Assembly: GCA_023142805.1 (NCBI GenBank)
Contig: JAGLIU010000017.1
Location: forward strand, 1-43,653
Length of the DNA stretch: 43,653 nt
Reading direction: 5' to 3'
Source of the DNA: Candidatus Omnitrophota bacterium
Lineage (GTDB): Bacteria; Omnitrophota; Gorgyraeia; Tantalellales; Tantalellaceae
Shown here: in pieces, positions 8,836 through 16,865 of the stretch
How positions within the stretch are numbered: the stretch's first letter is position 1
How the letters are laid out: every line of letters begins with the position of its first letter
The notes under the pieces: model-generated
Databases searched by the model: none
Told to the model about the DNA's origin: nothing
What the model saw: only the letters and a program-made list of their open reading frames with translations
Program-made: the position numbers and the translations under genes

Positions 8836-9243
8836 ATGAATACCAAAACCCAAAGCAAAGTGATTGGCCTTATTAGTCTCAACAACATAACTGATCCTAC
8901 CAGCTCAAAAATTGAGGCTGTCGCAGATAGTTTTCCAGGAGAATATAGCAACGAGGATGAATATGTTGATTTTCAGATGGATATAGGACAGCTTGTCGAA
9001 GAAATGCAGGCGGCCAAAACAAAATACAGTTTTTCGGAAAATGGCTACGGCACCACAATCACAACGGGAAACTATGAGTTTTTTTATCCGGGAATTACTA
9101 TAGACGATATGATGCATTGGTCCCCAGCCAATTTTTCAGGAGTTTCGTCGGTCTCAGATGGAGGAGTATATTTTACATTGGATCAGGCTCCAGAAAATCA
9201 AGATTATTTTTTCTGTGCCTTGGAAGAGGCTCGTAATAATTAA
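8836..9243 (+). CDS. strongly acidic early protein (135 aa)
   Basis: ATG 8836 follows AGGAGG and lies downstream of the promoter. The 8752 start would place the promoter inside the gene. By my count there are about 20 D/E versus about 6 K/R. Confidence 0.65.
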   Translation: MNTKTQSKVIGLISLNNITDPTSSKIEAVADSFPGEYSNEDEYVDFQMDIGQLVEEMQAAKTKYSFSENGYGTTITTGNYEFFYPGITIDDMMHWSPANFSGVSSVSDGGVYFTLDQAPENQDYFFCALEEARNN

Positions 9244-9273
9244 TAATTTTTTCCCCAAACCCAGGAGGATGAG

Positions 9274-9468
9274 ATGTTTTACAGAAAAAATTCAGTTGGA
9301 AACGCGGTAATATTTGAAAATGATGGCTCAGTTGCAACCAGAATAATGCAATCTAAACACTGTGTGTATCCGGTAGGTTCCAATATGTCAACAAAATATG
9401 AGCATCCGGTAGGGGTTGTGCTGTCGGTTGAGGATGCGCAAAAACTTGGAATTTTGGAAGAAAATTAG
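9274..9468 (+). CDS. hypothetical protein (64 aa)
   Basis: Preceded by the same 23-nt initiation region (CCCAAACCCAGGAGGATGAGATG) as the previous gene. Confidence 0.55.
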   Translation: MFYRKNSVGNAVIFENDGSVATRIMQSKHCVYPVGSNMSTKYEHPVGVVLSVEDAQKLGILEEN

Positions 9469-9471
9469 ATT

Positions 9472-9767
9472 ATGAACAATATGAGAAATAGAATCAAAAA
9501 AAACTCTCTCTCACAAAATGGAGCGTACATTGTGATCGACTTTGGGTTTTTCTTGTTGAAAACGAACGATCTATAGATGACATAGAAATTGTATATTCAT
9601 CTGATCGCAATTTCGCATGTAGAAACCATCAGAAAAACGGGCGATGGGAAAATGTAGAAATTATAAAAAACCTTGGTGTAACAGGCAGCGCAAGGGGTAC
9701 ATCTTGGTGGGTTTTTGTTGTGGAAAAACAATCTCAGACAGGGAAAAAATATGAAAACAAATATTAA
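9472..9767 (+). pseudogene. frameshift-interrupted gene: a 34-codon ORF, then a start-less 91-codon open frame reachable by a -1 shift at an A8 run
   Basis: ATG 9472 opens MNNMRNRIKKN.. which stops at 9574-9576. The -1 frame is open from 9492 to TAA 9765-9767 but has no ATG/GTG/TTG until codon 77. The heptamer A_AAA_AAC (9498-9504) links the two frames. Confidence 0.35.
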
Positions 9768-9891
9768 ATCCAGAGCATTAAAAAGTCATGGCGATAATTC
9801 AAAAAAAATTGATCGGGTAATAAGTCGTGCCGAAAAAATACTCGCAAATATTGAAACAAAACTAAATATCCTAAAATCTATTAAGGGGTAA
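9751..9891 (+). CDS. small hypothetical protein (46 aa)
   Basis: ATG 9751 after GGGAAAAAAT. Ends 2 nt before the next gene. Below the ORF-track cutoff. Confidence 0.35.
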   Translation: MKTNIKSRALKSHGDNSKKIDRVISRAEKILANIETKLNILKSIKG

Positions 9892-9893
9892 TC

Positions 9894-10274
9894 ATGAAAC
9901 CATCAATACTCACGCAAAAACTACACGAACTATACGGCTCCGCGCTTACCTATAATGAAATGGAGCCGATGATAGGAACCGAAATAAGAAATTGTGTGGT
10001 TGACAACGGGGAGTTTCCTACAGAAATAGAAATAGATCTTAATTACATATCTATATACGATCATAATGGGGACACTGTTGACAATCCCTCCCTCCAAGAT
10101 CTGATAGACAATGATTTTGGAACCGTGTCAACAGTTGTCCCCATCCCTGCTAATCAATATTATGATGATGACTATCATGTGGTTGCAGCGGCCACAAAAG
10201 TTTGTAAAAGTATTGCTATCTATAGCACACAAATCATTTTTTCGCCTGGAGGTAAGCATGAAAAAGTTAGTTGA
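9894..10274 (+). CDS. acidic hypothetical protein (126 aa)
   Basis: AAGGGG RBS. Asp/Glu-rich. No family recognised. Confidence 0.6.
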   Translation: MKPSILTQKLHELYGSALTYNEMEPMIGTEIRNCVVDNGEFPTEIEIDLNYISIYDHNGDTVDNPSLQDLIDNDFGTVSTVVPIPANQYYDDDYHVVAAATKVCKSIAIYSTQIIFSPGGKHEKVS

Positions 10275-10596
10275 GTCACGAGTTAGGAGTAAGGCAATTG
10301 ACGAAAACAGATTTCCTAAAGTGGTTGCTATAGACCTGCAACCAGTTACTATTACGGACGGCAAGGGATTTGTGGTTGACAATCCAGGAGAAGCTGATCT
10401 TATTAAGCTCGGCAAAGGAATTATTAAGGGGAAAGTTGTGTTCAATAGTTCTAATAATCGTAATCGGTGGATTGAGTTCGATGCAACACTCCACTCAGTA
10501 GTGCATGATAGTGCTGTGTACAATATCTCGATCACCTCACAATCTCAGTTCCTAGAACGGCTAGGGTGTTTAGGCATGGGAATCACATATGACTAA
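10258..10596 (+). CDS. hypothetical protein (112 aa)
   Basis: ATG 10258 follows GGAGG. The 10111 start would lie almost fully inside the previous gene. Confidence 0.6.
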   Translation: MKKLVESRVRSKAIDENRFPKVVAIDLQPVTITDGKGFVVDNPGEADLIKLGKGIIKGKVVFNSSNNRNRWIEFDATLHSVVHDSAVYNISITSQSQFLERLGCLGMGITYD

Positions 10597-10692
10597 TCTC
10601 AAAAAGTTAATTAGCTTTATCAATTTCTTGTACATACGTCAATTAATCCGTGTGTACAAGATCGTGCTCAATTTTCTTTACAGGAGAAAGTG

Positions 10693-11514
10693 ATGGAAAC
10701 AATAAGGATATCAATGTTACAAAGCTCTGTTGATTGCTGTAGGCGCGCGGCATCGGGCCAATTTCAAAAATTAATTGGTGATGATGCAGGGTACGCGCTA
10801 ACACAAGAGAGGACAGGCGTGTACACGGCAATGGGAACCGGCGCGCATGCCGGAGTTCAAAATATGCTAATACATAAAATATTGCATGGATCATTGAACA
10901 ATGTCCAAGAAAACATTGATATGGCAATATGGGAGTACGATAAATCGCTACAAGAAACACCAGATGTGTTGTATGATAATATTACTGGGAACCAAGACAT
11001 AGGAAGATTACAGATAGAGCAATTTGTCAAGCATTATCAAAACGATGTGGCACCTTTCCTGAAATTCCCTGAAAATGCTGATCCAGCTAAACACATAGAG
11101 AGGCATATAGTGCTACAACTGAAGGGATATAAGGTTTCTGGACACATTGACGTTACGCCAACACGTTCAATCTGCGACACAAAAACCGGCAAGGCATTGC
11201 GTGCGTGTCATACACAGCTTGGTGGGTATGCCAACCTCGCGGTTTCAGATGGGGACGAAAAACCAGAACAACTAATAGTGCACCATCTCCCGCGCGTAAG
11301 TGTTGGCAAGCCCTACCCAGGGACCACCACATTATCGTATCCGGTAGATTTTTGCATGAATGAAGCCTGGTATATCATTAATCAACTAATTAGGGATGTA
11401 GAGAATTTTAAAGCAAGCGGGAACCCCGCTTGCTTCCAGGCAAACCCTAACTCAATGCTTTGCAATGAGAAATATTGTAGAGCCTATGGAACTAAATTTT
11501 GTGAATATCATTAG
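10693..11514 (+). CDS. PD-(D/E)XK exonuclease, Cas4/RecB-like with Cys cluster
   Basis: GHIDV..ICDTKTGK (D..D.K core). An N-terminal Cys pair (DCC) plus the C-terminal CNEKYCRAYGTKFC resemble the Cas4/AddB Fe-S arrangement. GGAG lies 6 nt before ATG 10693. Confidence 0.8.
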   Translation: METIRISMLQSSVDCCRRAASGQFQKLIGDDAGYALTQERTGVYTAMGTGAHAGVQNMLIHKILHGSLNNVQENIDMAIWEYDKSLQETPDVLYDNITGNQDIGRLQIEQFVKHYQNDVAPFLKFPENADPAKHIERHIVLQLKGYKVSGHIDVTPTRSICDTKTGKALRACHTQLGGYANLAVSDGDEKPEQLIVHHLPRVSVGKPYPGTTTLSYPVDFCMNEAWYIINQLIRDVENFKASGNPACFQANPNSMLCNEKYCRAYGTKFCEYH

Positions 11515-11522
11515 GAGAGAAC

Positions 11523-11900
11523 ATGGATCGCATAAATAGAATCGTGCTTGAAAACAGAGGGTTGCTGTTTGTTAAATTCAAATCAATTTCTATCGCCTCG
11601 CATCCCAAACATAGACGGATACAGCACCGCGACGGGAAAAATGGCCGTTATTGTACGGACATACGTCATGAGATCACTACCAATGTGCTACAACGTGACA
11701 TCCAAGCATCAGTAATGGATTTTGAAAGAATTGAGAGCGGAACATTTGTCTTGACATTTGACAGTGGTTGCCGTGTGGTGTATAGCAATGTTTTCACAAA
11801 AGAAATAAGTGACACTACAATAAACGATGATGGCGAATTGACAAAAACTATTGTATTTGTAGCGGAAAGTAAGCCAGTATCTACCAAGGGGGTAAAATGA
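11523..11900 (+). CDS. hypothetical protein (125 aa)
   Basis: AGGAGAG RBS. Tightly packed with neighbouring genes. Confidence 0.6.
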   Translation: MDRINRIVLENRGLLFVKFKSISIASHPKHRRIQHRDGKNGRYCTDIRHEITTNVLQRDIQASVMDFERIESGTFVLTFDSGCRVVYSNVFTKEISDTTINDDGELTKTIVFVAESKPVSTKGVK

Positions 11901-12136
11901 GCTACACCAGCGTTTCGAGTAACACAATGAATATGTCCAAAAAAGAAGATCCGACATACGCCATATTACACATTCCAGACCATAGTGTCAATACGCCAAG
12001 CTGGTTTAATCAATTGAAATATAGCGAACACATCAAAAGAGAAGTTGATTTTGATAACAAGATAATTTATTACAAACAAAGTTACGAGAAAAGGCTTTGG
12101 TACAATATATATACACTATTAACACGGAGGAAATAA
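11897..12136 (+). CDS. hypothetical protein (79 aa)
   Basis: ATGA overlap with the previous stop. AAGGGGG RBS. Confidence 0.55.
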   Translation: MSYTSVSSNTMNMSKKEDPTYAILHIPDHSVNTPSWFNQLKYSEHIKREVDFDNKIIYYKQSYEKRLWYNIYTLLTRRK

Positions 12137-13311
12137 TGGAACAAAAGTACGCCCCTGGCAAAAACCCAATTATAAAAAACTTGCTTCCAGGACTTACCGA
12201 AAGGGGTAAAATTAAAATAGGCAGAAAGGGCAAGATGCATTCAAAAGGATTTCAATTACCAGAAAAGCTGGACCATTTCATAGTCACAAAACTTGAACGG
12301 AGCCAAGACGGTAACTTTTTAGTTGACAAAGCCATCCACGCATTGCCTACTGTTGGTCAACAAGCAAAAACAATACCTGTTGTTCTCTTGTATGATGACA
12401 TATCTCTTAATTTTCAGTGCCGGTATGCCTGTTATTTCGGCAAGACGTTGTATTGTTCGGGGGATGGGGAATACGCTCATCAATTAACAAAAGGAAAAGC
12501 AGAAAGAATTCAAGCAGAGTGCTCTTGTTTTAGATCTGCGCCTACTTTTAACGGCGACAAAAACGATGGAAAGGGCAAGTGTAAAATTAATGGAACGCTT
12601 TCAGTAATGATTCAAGGAGCTGATTCTGTTGGCGGGGTATGGAAGTTTCGGACAACCGGATACAATTCAACTATTGGTATTCTGAGTTCGCTAACTCTCA
12701 TTAAAAGCATTACAGGCGGAGTATTGGCAGGACTACCACTAACCATGACTATTCATCCTAAGATCGCTACCAATCCACTTAATGGACAGGCACAGACAAT
12801 ATATGTTGTGGGGATTGAATACTCAGGTAACATCAAGGCGCTTCAAGACAAATCGCTTAAAATAGCTCAAACAAATGCAGAATACCGCGTAAGGCTTGGC
12901 AATGTTGAAAATGAGATGAAACAACTTATATCCGCCGATTCTTCTTTGGTGGATGAGGCCGGCGATATAGTAGAGGAGTTTCACCCGGAAGAAATGCAGT
13001 CACCAACAGGTGTCAATGATATTCCCACACAGTCAAGCCCGGTGGAGGACGCACCAAAACCAAAGGAGCCCACACGTGAACCTGAGAAAAAAGAGGCTTC
13101 AAAGCCAGCACGCAATAAGTCAATTCCGAAAAAAAGTAAAGAGAAAGCTGTTGAGAAGGCGGTGGCAACGACCAATGCCGGTGAAAAACCACCGGTTTCA
13201 GAAACGGTTGAAACGCAGATACAAGACGACATAGAACAAGACATGTTTGACGGCGCATCAATTGGGCCTCCTCCCGCTGTTGAGGACGATATGAATATAG
13301 ATCTATTTTAA
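12136..13311 (+). CDS. putative ssDNA-binding / recombination protein with disordered K/P/E linker and acidic C-terminal tail
   Basis: GGAGG RBS before ATG 12136. Cys-rich folded N-domain. A low-complexity KPKEPTREPEKKEASKP region. The C-terminus ..AVEDDMNIDLF* resembles the acidic, Phe-terminated tails of bacterial SSB and T7 gp2.5. Confidence 0.55.
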   Translation: MEQKYAPGKNPIIKNLLPGLTERGKIKIGRKGKMHSKGFQLPEKLDHFIVTKLERSQDGNFLVDKAIHALPTVGQQAKTIPVVLLYDDISLNFQCRYACYFGKTLYCSGDGEYAHQLTKGKAERIQAECSCFRSAPTFNGDKNDGKGKCKINGTLSVMIQGADSVGGVWKFRTTGYNSTIGILSSLTLIKSITGGVLAGLPLTMTIHPKIATNPLNGQAQTIYVVGIEYSGNIKALQDKSLKIAQTNAEYRVRLGNVENEMKQLISADSSLVDEAGDIVEEFHPEEMQSPTGVNDIPTQSSPVEDAPKPKEPTREPEKKEASKPARNKSIPKKSKEKAVEKAVATTNAGEKPPVSETVETQIQDDIEQDMFDGASIGPPPAVEDDMNIDLF

Positions 13312-13346
13312 ATTATAATTATTAACTTTTTAGAAAGAAGGATAAA

Positions 13347-13643
13347 ATGACATTAGACAAAATGTTTGGATTGGCAGAAGCCTACGCACGCAAGCGAGAT
13401 AATCACAGACGATTGTCAGAATCTCTAAAAGAAAAAAATCGGGCTGAAGTACAAGTGGCTGAAGACAGGCTTGTGTCAGCCATTTATGAATTTCTTGATG
13501 GCTACACAAAGCAAGAAAGCGTGGTGGTGCCTAAGAAAAAAGAAGCTCCCAAGCCAAAGCCAGCGAAAAAGACCGCCCCCATCCAGGTTGGAAAACCTGT
13601 TGATGACAACACTGATGAATCCACAAATCTTTTTGGAGGATAA
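13347..13643 (+). CDS. hypothetical protein (98 aa), Lys/Pro-rich centre, acidic end
   Basis: GAAGGA RBS. Ends 1 nt before the ATPase gene. Confidence 0.6.
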   Translation: MTLDKMFGLAEAYARKRDNHRRLSESLKEKNRAEVQVAEDRLVSAIYEFLDGYTKQESVVVPKKKEAPKPKPAKKTAPIQVGKPVDDNTDESTNLFGG

Positions 13644-13644
13644 T

Positions 13645-15336
13645 ATGAAATTCAAAATAAGAAATTATTGCGCGGTAAAGCACGCCGATATCAACACATC
13701 GAAACTCACATTGATTGGGGGGAAACACAGAGCTGGAAAATCCTCAACACTGGACGCCATTAGAAGCGTTTTGACGGCTAACCCGATGCCGTTCAAGGAT
13801 ATTAAAAAAGCTGAAATATCCATGCTGGTTCACTCCGGCACTCCATCAGGGTATTGCGTGGTAGAGGATGGGGACAATTCCGCTCGTATAGATTGGCCCA
13901 AGTGCGAGTACGTAACCAAGGGCAAGGTAAGCACACTGTCAACAATTGCTGTAGGCATTGACTCTTTGGTTTTTATGAAACCCGCAGAGAGAATAAATTA
14001 TATAGTTGACATGATGAAGGCGGCTCCTACAAAAGAGGATCTCCTGAGAGAGCTTCTTGACATGGGAATAATAAGTATCGGGCATGTGCTCCCTGCGTCC
14101 GAGGAAAAACACCCACTGTTTATCAAGCTATGGGAAAACATAGAGATGAATGGATGGGACAATACCCATCAGCAATGCAAAGAGAAAGGAGTAAAATTAA
14201 AAGCAAAATGGGAAATAGTAACGGGAGTTAGAAAATATGGTGTCAGAATTGCAGAGCAGTGGAAGCCGGAAGCGTGGAGCCTGGACCTGGATGGGCTTGA
14301 GGAAGTCATATTGATCACAGACGTTAACAAGGCTAAGGAATGGGTGGACGCTGCCAAAAAAGATGTTGCCATATCAGACTATGAAATTGAGAGACTCAAG
14401 GCAATCACGGCAAACAAGGATAAGGTGATTGACAAGTATGATGTGTTGGTTAAAAAACAAGGCGTGTGCGAACGCGCAATGAATGAAAAAAAAGCCAAAC
14501 TAAGGCTACTCAATAACACAAAGGAGGTGCGCGACCTAGTGTGCCCGAAGTGCCAAGAGTTTCTCACTTTTACAAATGGGAAATTGAAGATTGTACCCAA
14601 GAAAGAACACGAAAAAGCCGTTGAGTCAAAAGGCGAGGCCGAACAATTAAGAAAAGATATTGCATCGCTGGAAGCACAAAACAATATCCAAATAAAAGAA
14701 TGGTCTCAAGAAAAAGCTTCCCTCAAAATAATTAGAGATGCTGATGAAAAATTAAAAATTATAGAGTCGCAGGAAAACGATACTGGAACCGCGAAAGTAG
14801 AGGATGTTGAAAACCAATTAAAGAAAGCTGAAGATAGGCTTGGTGCATTCCGAACCTGTAAAGAAGCGCTGAAGATAGCAAGTGATATCATCAACAACAA
14901 AAAGCTTGGTGATATGCTTGCCCCTAACGGGCTGCGAAATACCAAACTTATTGGCGCACTTGACGTGATAAATAAATCAATGAAGATGCTTACGGACAAA
15001 GTTGGGTGGGATGCGGTGGAAATTGAGCCTGGTTGTAGTATTAGTGTGGGTGGGATACCATACGGTAGATTCAATGCTAAATCTGAGAGATATAGAGCGC
15101 GGGTTTTGTTACAATTAATGGTTGCTATGGCAGAACATGCGAAACTCGTTGTGATTGACGACAGCGATGAGCTGGTCAAAACTACAAAGAACTCTCTCAT
15201 GAAAGTCATATTGCAATCTAAAATTTCTGCAATAGTCGTTAGTGCACTTGATAATAGGAGCGAGCTGCCAGACCTTAGTAAAATAGATGGGCTATCGTAT
15301 TGGATTGAAAACGGAGAAATCAAGGGGGAAGGTTAG
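13645..15336 (+). CDS. SMC/Rad50/SbcC-like ATPase with CxxC in the coiled-coil
   Basis: GGAGG RBS before ATG 13645. Walker A GGKHRAGKSS. A long heptad-rich middle region contains CPKC (zinc-hook-like). Walker B-like KLVVIDDSDE lies near the C-terminus. The 13471 extension overlaps the previous gene and was rejected. Confidence 0.8.
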   Translation: MKFKIRNYCAVKHADINTSKLTLIGGKHRAGKSSTLDAIRSVLTANPMPFKDIKKAEISMLVHSGTPSGYCVVEDGDNSARIDWPKCEYVTKGKVSTLSTIAVGIDSLVFMKPAERINYIVDMMKAAPTKEDLLRELLDMGIISIGHVLPASEEKHPLFIKLWENIEMNGWDNTHQQCKEKGVKLKAKWEIVTGVRKYGVRIAEQWKPEAWSLDLDGLEEVILITDVNKAKEWVDAAKKDVAISDYEIERLKAITANKDKVIDKYDVLVKKQGVCERAMNEKKAKLRLLNNTKEVRDLVCPKCQEFLTFTNGKLKIVPKKEHEKAVESKGEAEQLRKDIASLEAQNNIQIKEWSQEKASLKIIRDADEKLKIIESQENDTGTAKVEDVENQLKKAEDRLGAFRTCKEALKIASDIINNKKLGDMLAPNGLRNTKLIGALDVINKSMKMLTDKVGWDAVEIEPGCSISVGGIPYGRFNAKSERYRARVLLQLMVAMAEHAKLVVIDDSDELVKTTKNSLMKVILQSKISAIVVSALDNRSELPDLSKIDGLSYWIENGEIKGEG

Positions 15337-15369
15337 CACTACAAAACAACTGTGGTAGTTGTGTGTTAC

Positions 15370-15408
15370 TGGCCGGCATAGTCTCCGGCCACCCCTCCCC
15401 ATTTTTTA
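15370..15408 (+). terminator. possible terminator hairpin after the ATPase gene
   Basis: TGGCCGG-catagtct-CCGGCCA stem, followed after about 10 nt by a T6 run. A second hairpin ACAACT-gtggt-AGTTGT lies at 15346-15362. Confidence 0.35.
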
Positions 15409-15425
15409 TAGAGAGGAGAAAAAAG

Positions 15426-15641
15426 TTGACAAAAAGAAAGCCAGAAAAGCCAGTAGTCTTAATAAGTCCTGCGCAACTGTCTAAGCGGTGGAATGTTAGT
15501 GTGCAGACGCTGAGGAATTGGAGGTTTCACAGAGCCGGCCCTAGTTATGTTGAGCTGGGTGATAAATATGCGGTTAGATATCCTGTTTCAGAAATAATAA
15601 AATACGAAACAAATTTATGCATAGAAAAAAAGCCGGGATAA
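15426..15641 (+). CDS. helix-turn-helix DNA-binding protein (excisionase/AlpA/MerR-like HTH)
   Basis: ISPAQLSKRWNVSVQTLRNWR..GPSYVELG..YRYPVSEI matches the HTH_17/excisionase pattern. A TTG start at 15426 follows GAGAGGAG and lies after the hairpin. GTG 15363 is the ORF-track start. Confidence 0.7.
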   Translation: MTKRKPEKPVVLISPAQLSKRWNVSVQTLRNWRFHRAGPSYVELGDKYAVRYPVSEIIKYETNLCIEKKPG

Positions 15642-15656
15642 CCGGCTTTTTTTTTC
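15624..15656. terminator. bidirectional rho-independent terminator at the convergence of the + and - gene blocks
   Basis: AAAAAAAGCCGG-gataa-CCGGCTTTTTTTTT. An A-run and a T-run flank a GC stem, and the structure lies exactly between the stop codons at 15641 (+) and 15657 (-). Confidence 0.75.
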
Positions 15657-16220
15657 TTAATCTACGATGTAGGTTATTGTTTGCCGAAAAAAAACTTTTG
15701 CCCTAATAGCAGAACCTCCCACCCCAAAATTAAACGCGCTTAATTCGCCACTGCTATCTGTTATTCTCGCCTGCCAAGTATCAGCCGCCCCGGTTTGTAT
15801 CCACAAAACACCCATCCTCTCCTCGGCCGTTCCAGCGTCTTGTTTTGACAGTGCAACAGGCACCCCCTTCGGGAGCGTTGGCAGAATGAGTGTAGGCCAT
15901 GTGGTATTTGGAGTAACAACAAGCTCTGTATTAGTGGCATGGTACCCCCGGAGTTCTTCTGTCGTGATGTGGACAACATTTCCTATTTTGGTATATGTCC
16001 AATTGACATTAACAGGCGTGGTGAAATAGGTACTCGTAACATCCACATTAATAGTGCCAGTCAAGTAATCATCTACAGAATCAGTAATTGATATTTTAGG
16101 ACATGAACCATCTGCATCAAGCCCTTGGTGGTTGTGTCCATTACTCGCATTGGTTCCCCAATACAAATCCAGGAAATCTGGGGTCATGTGGTCGCCATTA
16201 GACCAGTCTCTTTTAGCCAT
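15657..16220 (-). CDS. tail fibre-associated / receptor-binding-like protein (187 aa)
   Basis: GGAG RBS. Last gene of the late operon. The NGHNHQGLDADGS motif is similar to HxH motifs of fibre tips and to TGGHRHF in the large fibre. Confidence 0.5.
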   Translation of the reverse strand: MAKRDWSNGDHMTPDFLDLYWGTNASNGHNHQGLDADGSCPKISITDSVDDYLTGTINVDVTSTYFTTPVNVNWTYTKIGNVVHITTEELRGYHATNTELVVTPNTTWPTLILPTLPKGVPVALSKQDAGTAEERMGVLWIQTGAADTWQARITDSSGELSAFNFGVGGSAIRAKVFFRQTITYIVD

Positions 16221-16229
16221 AATTATCTC

Positions 16230-16865
16230 CTATGGTACATAAGTATATTCAAATTTAGTCCATGCCGGTTTTAATCGTTCGTACATGTTCTCAAGTTCTG
16301 GGGCACTCGCTGCTCCTGTAACGGTTACGGTGATTAGATAACAACTTGACCCAAACGGGCCATTGTGTATGGGCGCAGGTAATGGTGTCCCTGGACCTTG
16401 TGGGCTTGTGTGAATTGAGTATTGATGAATAACAAAACCTATTGCACCCGTGCCTTCGGCAAGGGAGACGGTATAAATGCCGCTCCCAAGCTTATTGCCC
16501 AATGATTCATAGTACGCTTTTGTCAATCCACCACGAGCCCTAACAGCCGCTTCAATCCTATTCCTTCTAATGGTATCCGAGTCGCCAGGAGCCACAAGGA
16601 GATTGTATGTTTCCTCAAATGACTCCATTAACAAAGTGGTGGTGTCAGGAAACAAATCATCCAGCAACAGCGCTCCTTGGTCTTCGCAGTAATCAAGAAA
16701 CTTTCCCATTACATGAAAATTATTTACAAAGATCGGATCTTCTTTCAGAATTTGAAGCGGTGATTGTTTCCGCATAGCGACTTCGTGCCGAAACGGATCA
16801 ACCGCACTGTCCTCATCTTTGTAATATGATTCACCGTATGAATAATTGGTGCCATAATCACCCAT
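16230..16865 (-). CDS. DUF2313 (Mu gp48 / YmfQ-like) baseplate-tail fibre junction protein
   Basis: LFPDTTTLLMESFEETYNL..DSDTIRRNRIEAAVRARGGLTKAYYESLGNKLG follows the DUF2313 pattern (T..L..WE...gl......RR..v.a.....g.t..y...l...lG). Confidence 0.7.
   Translation of the reverse strand: MGDYGTNYSYGESYYKDEDSAVDPFRHEVAMRKQSPLQILKEDPIFVNNFHVMGKFLDYCEDQGALLLDDLFPDTTTLLMESFEETYNLLVAPGDSDTIRRNRIEAAVRARGGLTKAYYESLGNKLGSGIYTVSLAEGTGAIGFVIHQYSIHTSPQGPGTPLPAPIHNGPFGSSCYLITVTVTGAASAPELENMYERLKPAWTKFEYTYVP

Noticed and set aside
12981-13261. Three overlapping ORFs (+ and - strands) in the 3' part of the SSB-like gene
   Set aside because: This is a low-complexity Lys/Pro/Glu-coding region that stays open in several frames. 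The long frame, with its RBS and acidic tail, explains the sequence.
13471-13644. Upstream extension of the ATPase ORF (621-aa version)
   Set aside because: It overlaps the 13347..13643 gene in another frame. ATG 13645 has a GGAGG RBS and begins the conserved N-terminal strand ahead of the Walker A motif.
14169-15323. - strand ORFs (67, 101 and 205 aa) inside the Rad50-like ATPase gene
   Set aside because: They are Ser/Leu/Phe-rich antisense shadows of a Lys/Glu-rich coiled-coil gene, and they have no RBS. The same reasoning applies to other antisense ORFs such as 21297..21815, 24958..25401, 32591..33061, 26137..26478, 39727..40236, 863..1252 and 10128..10535.
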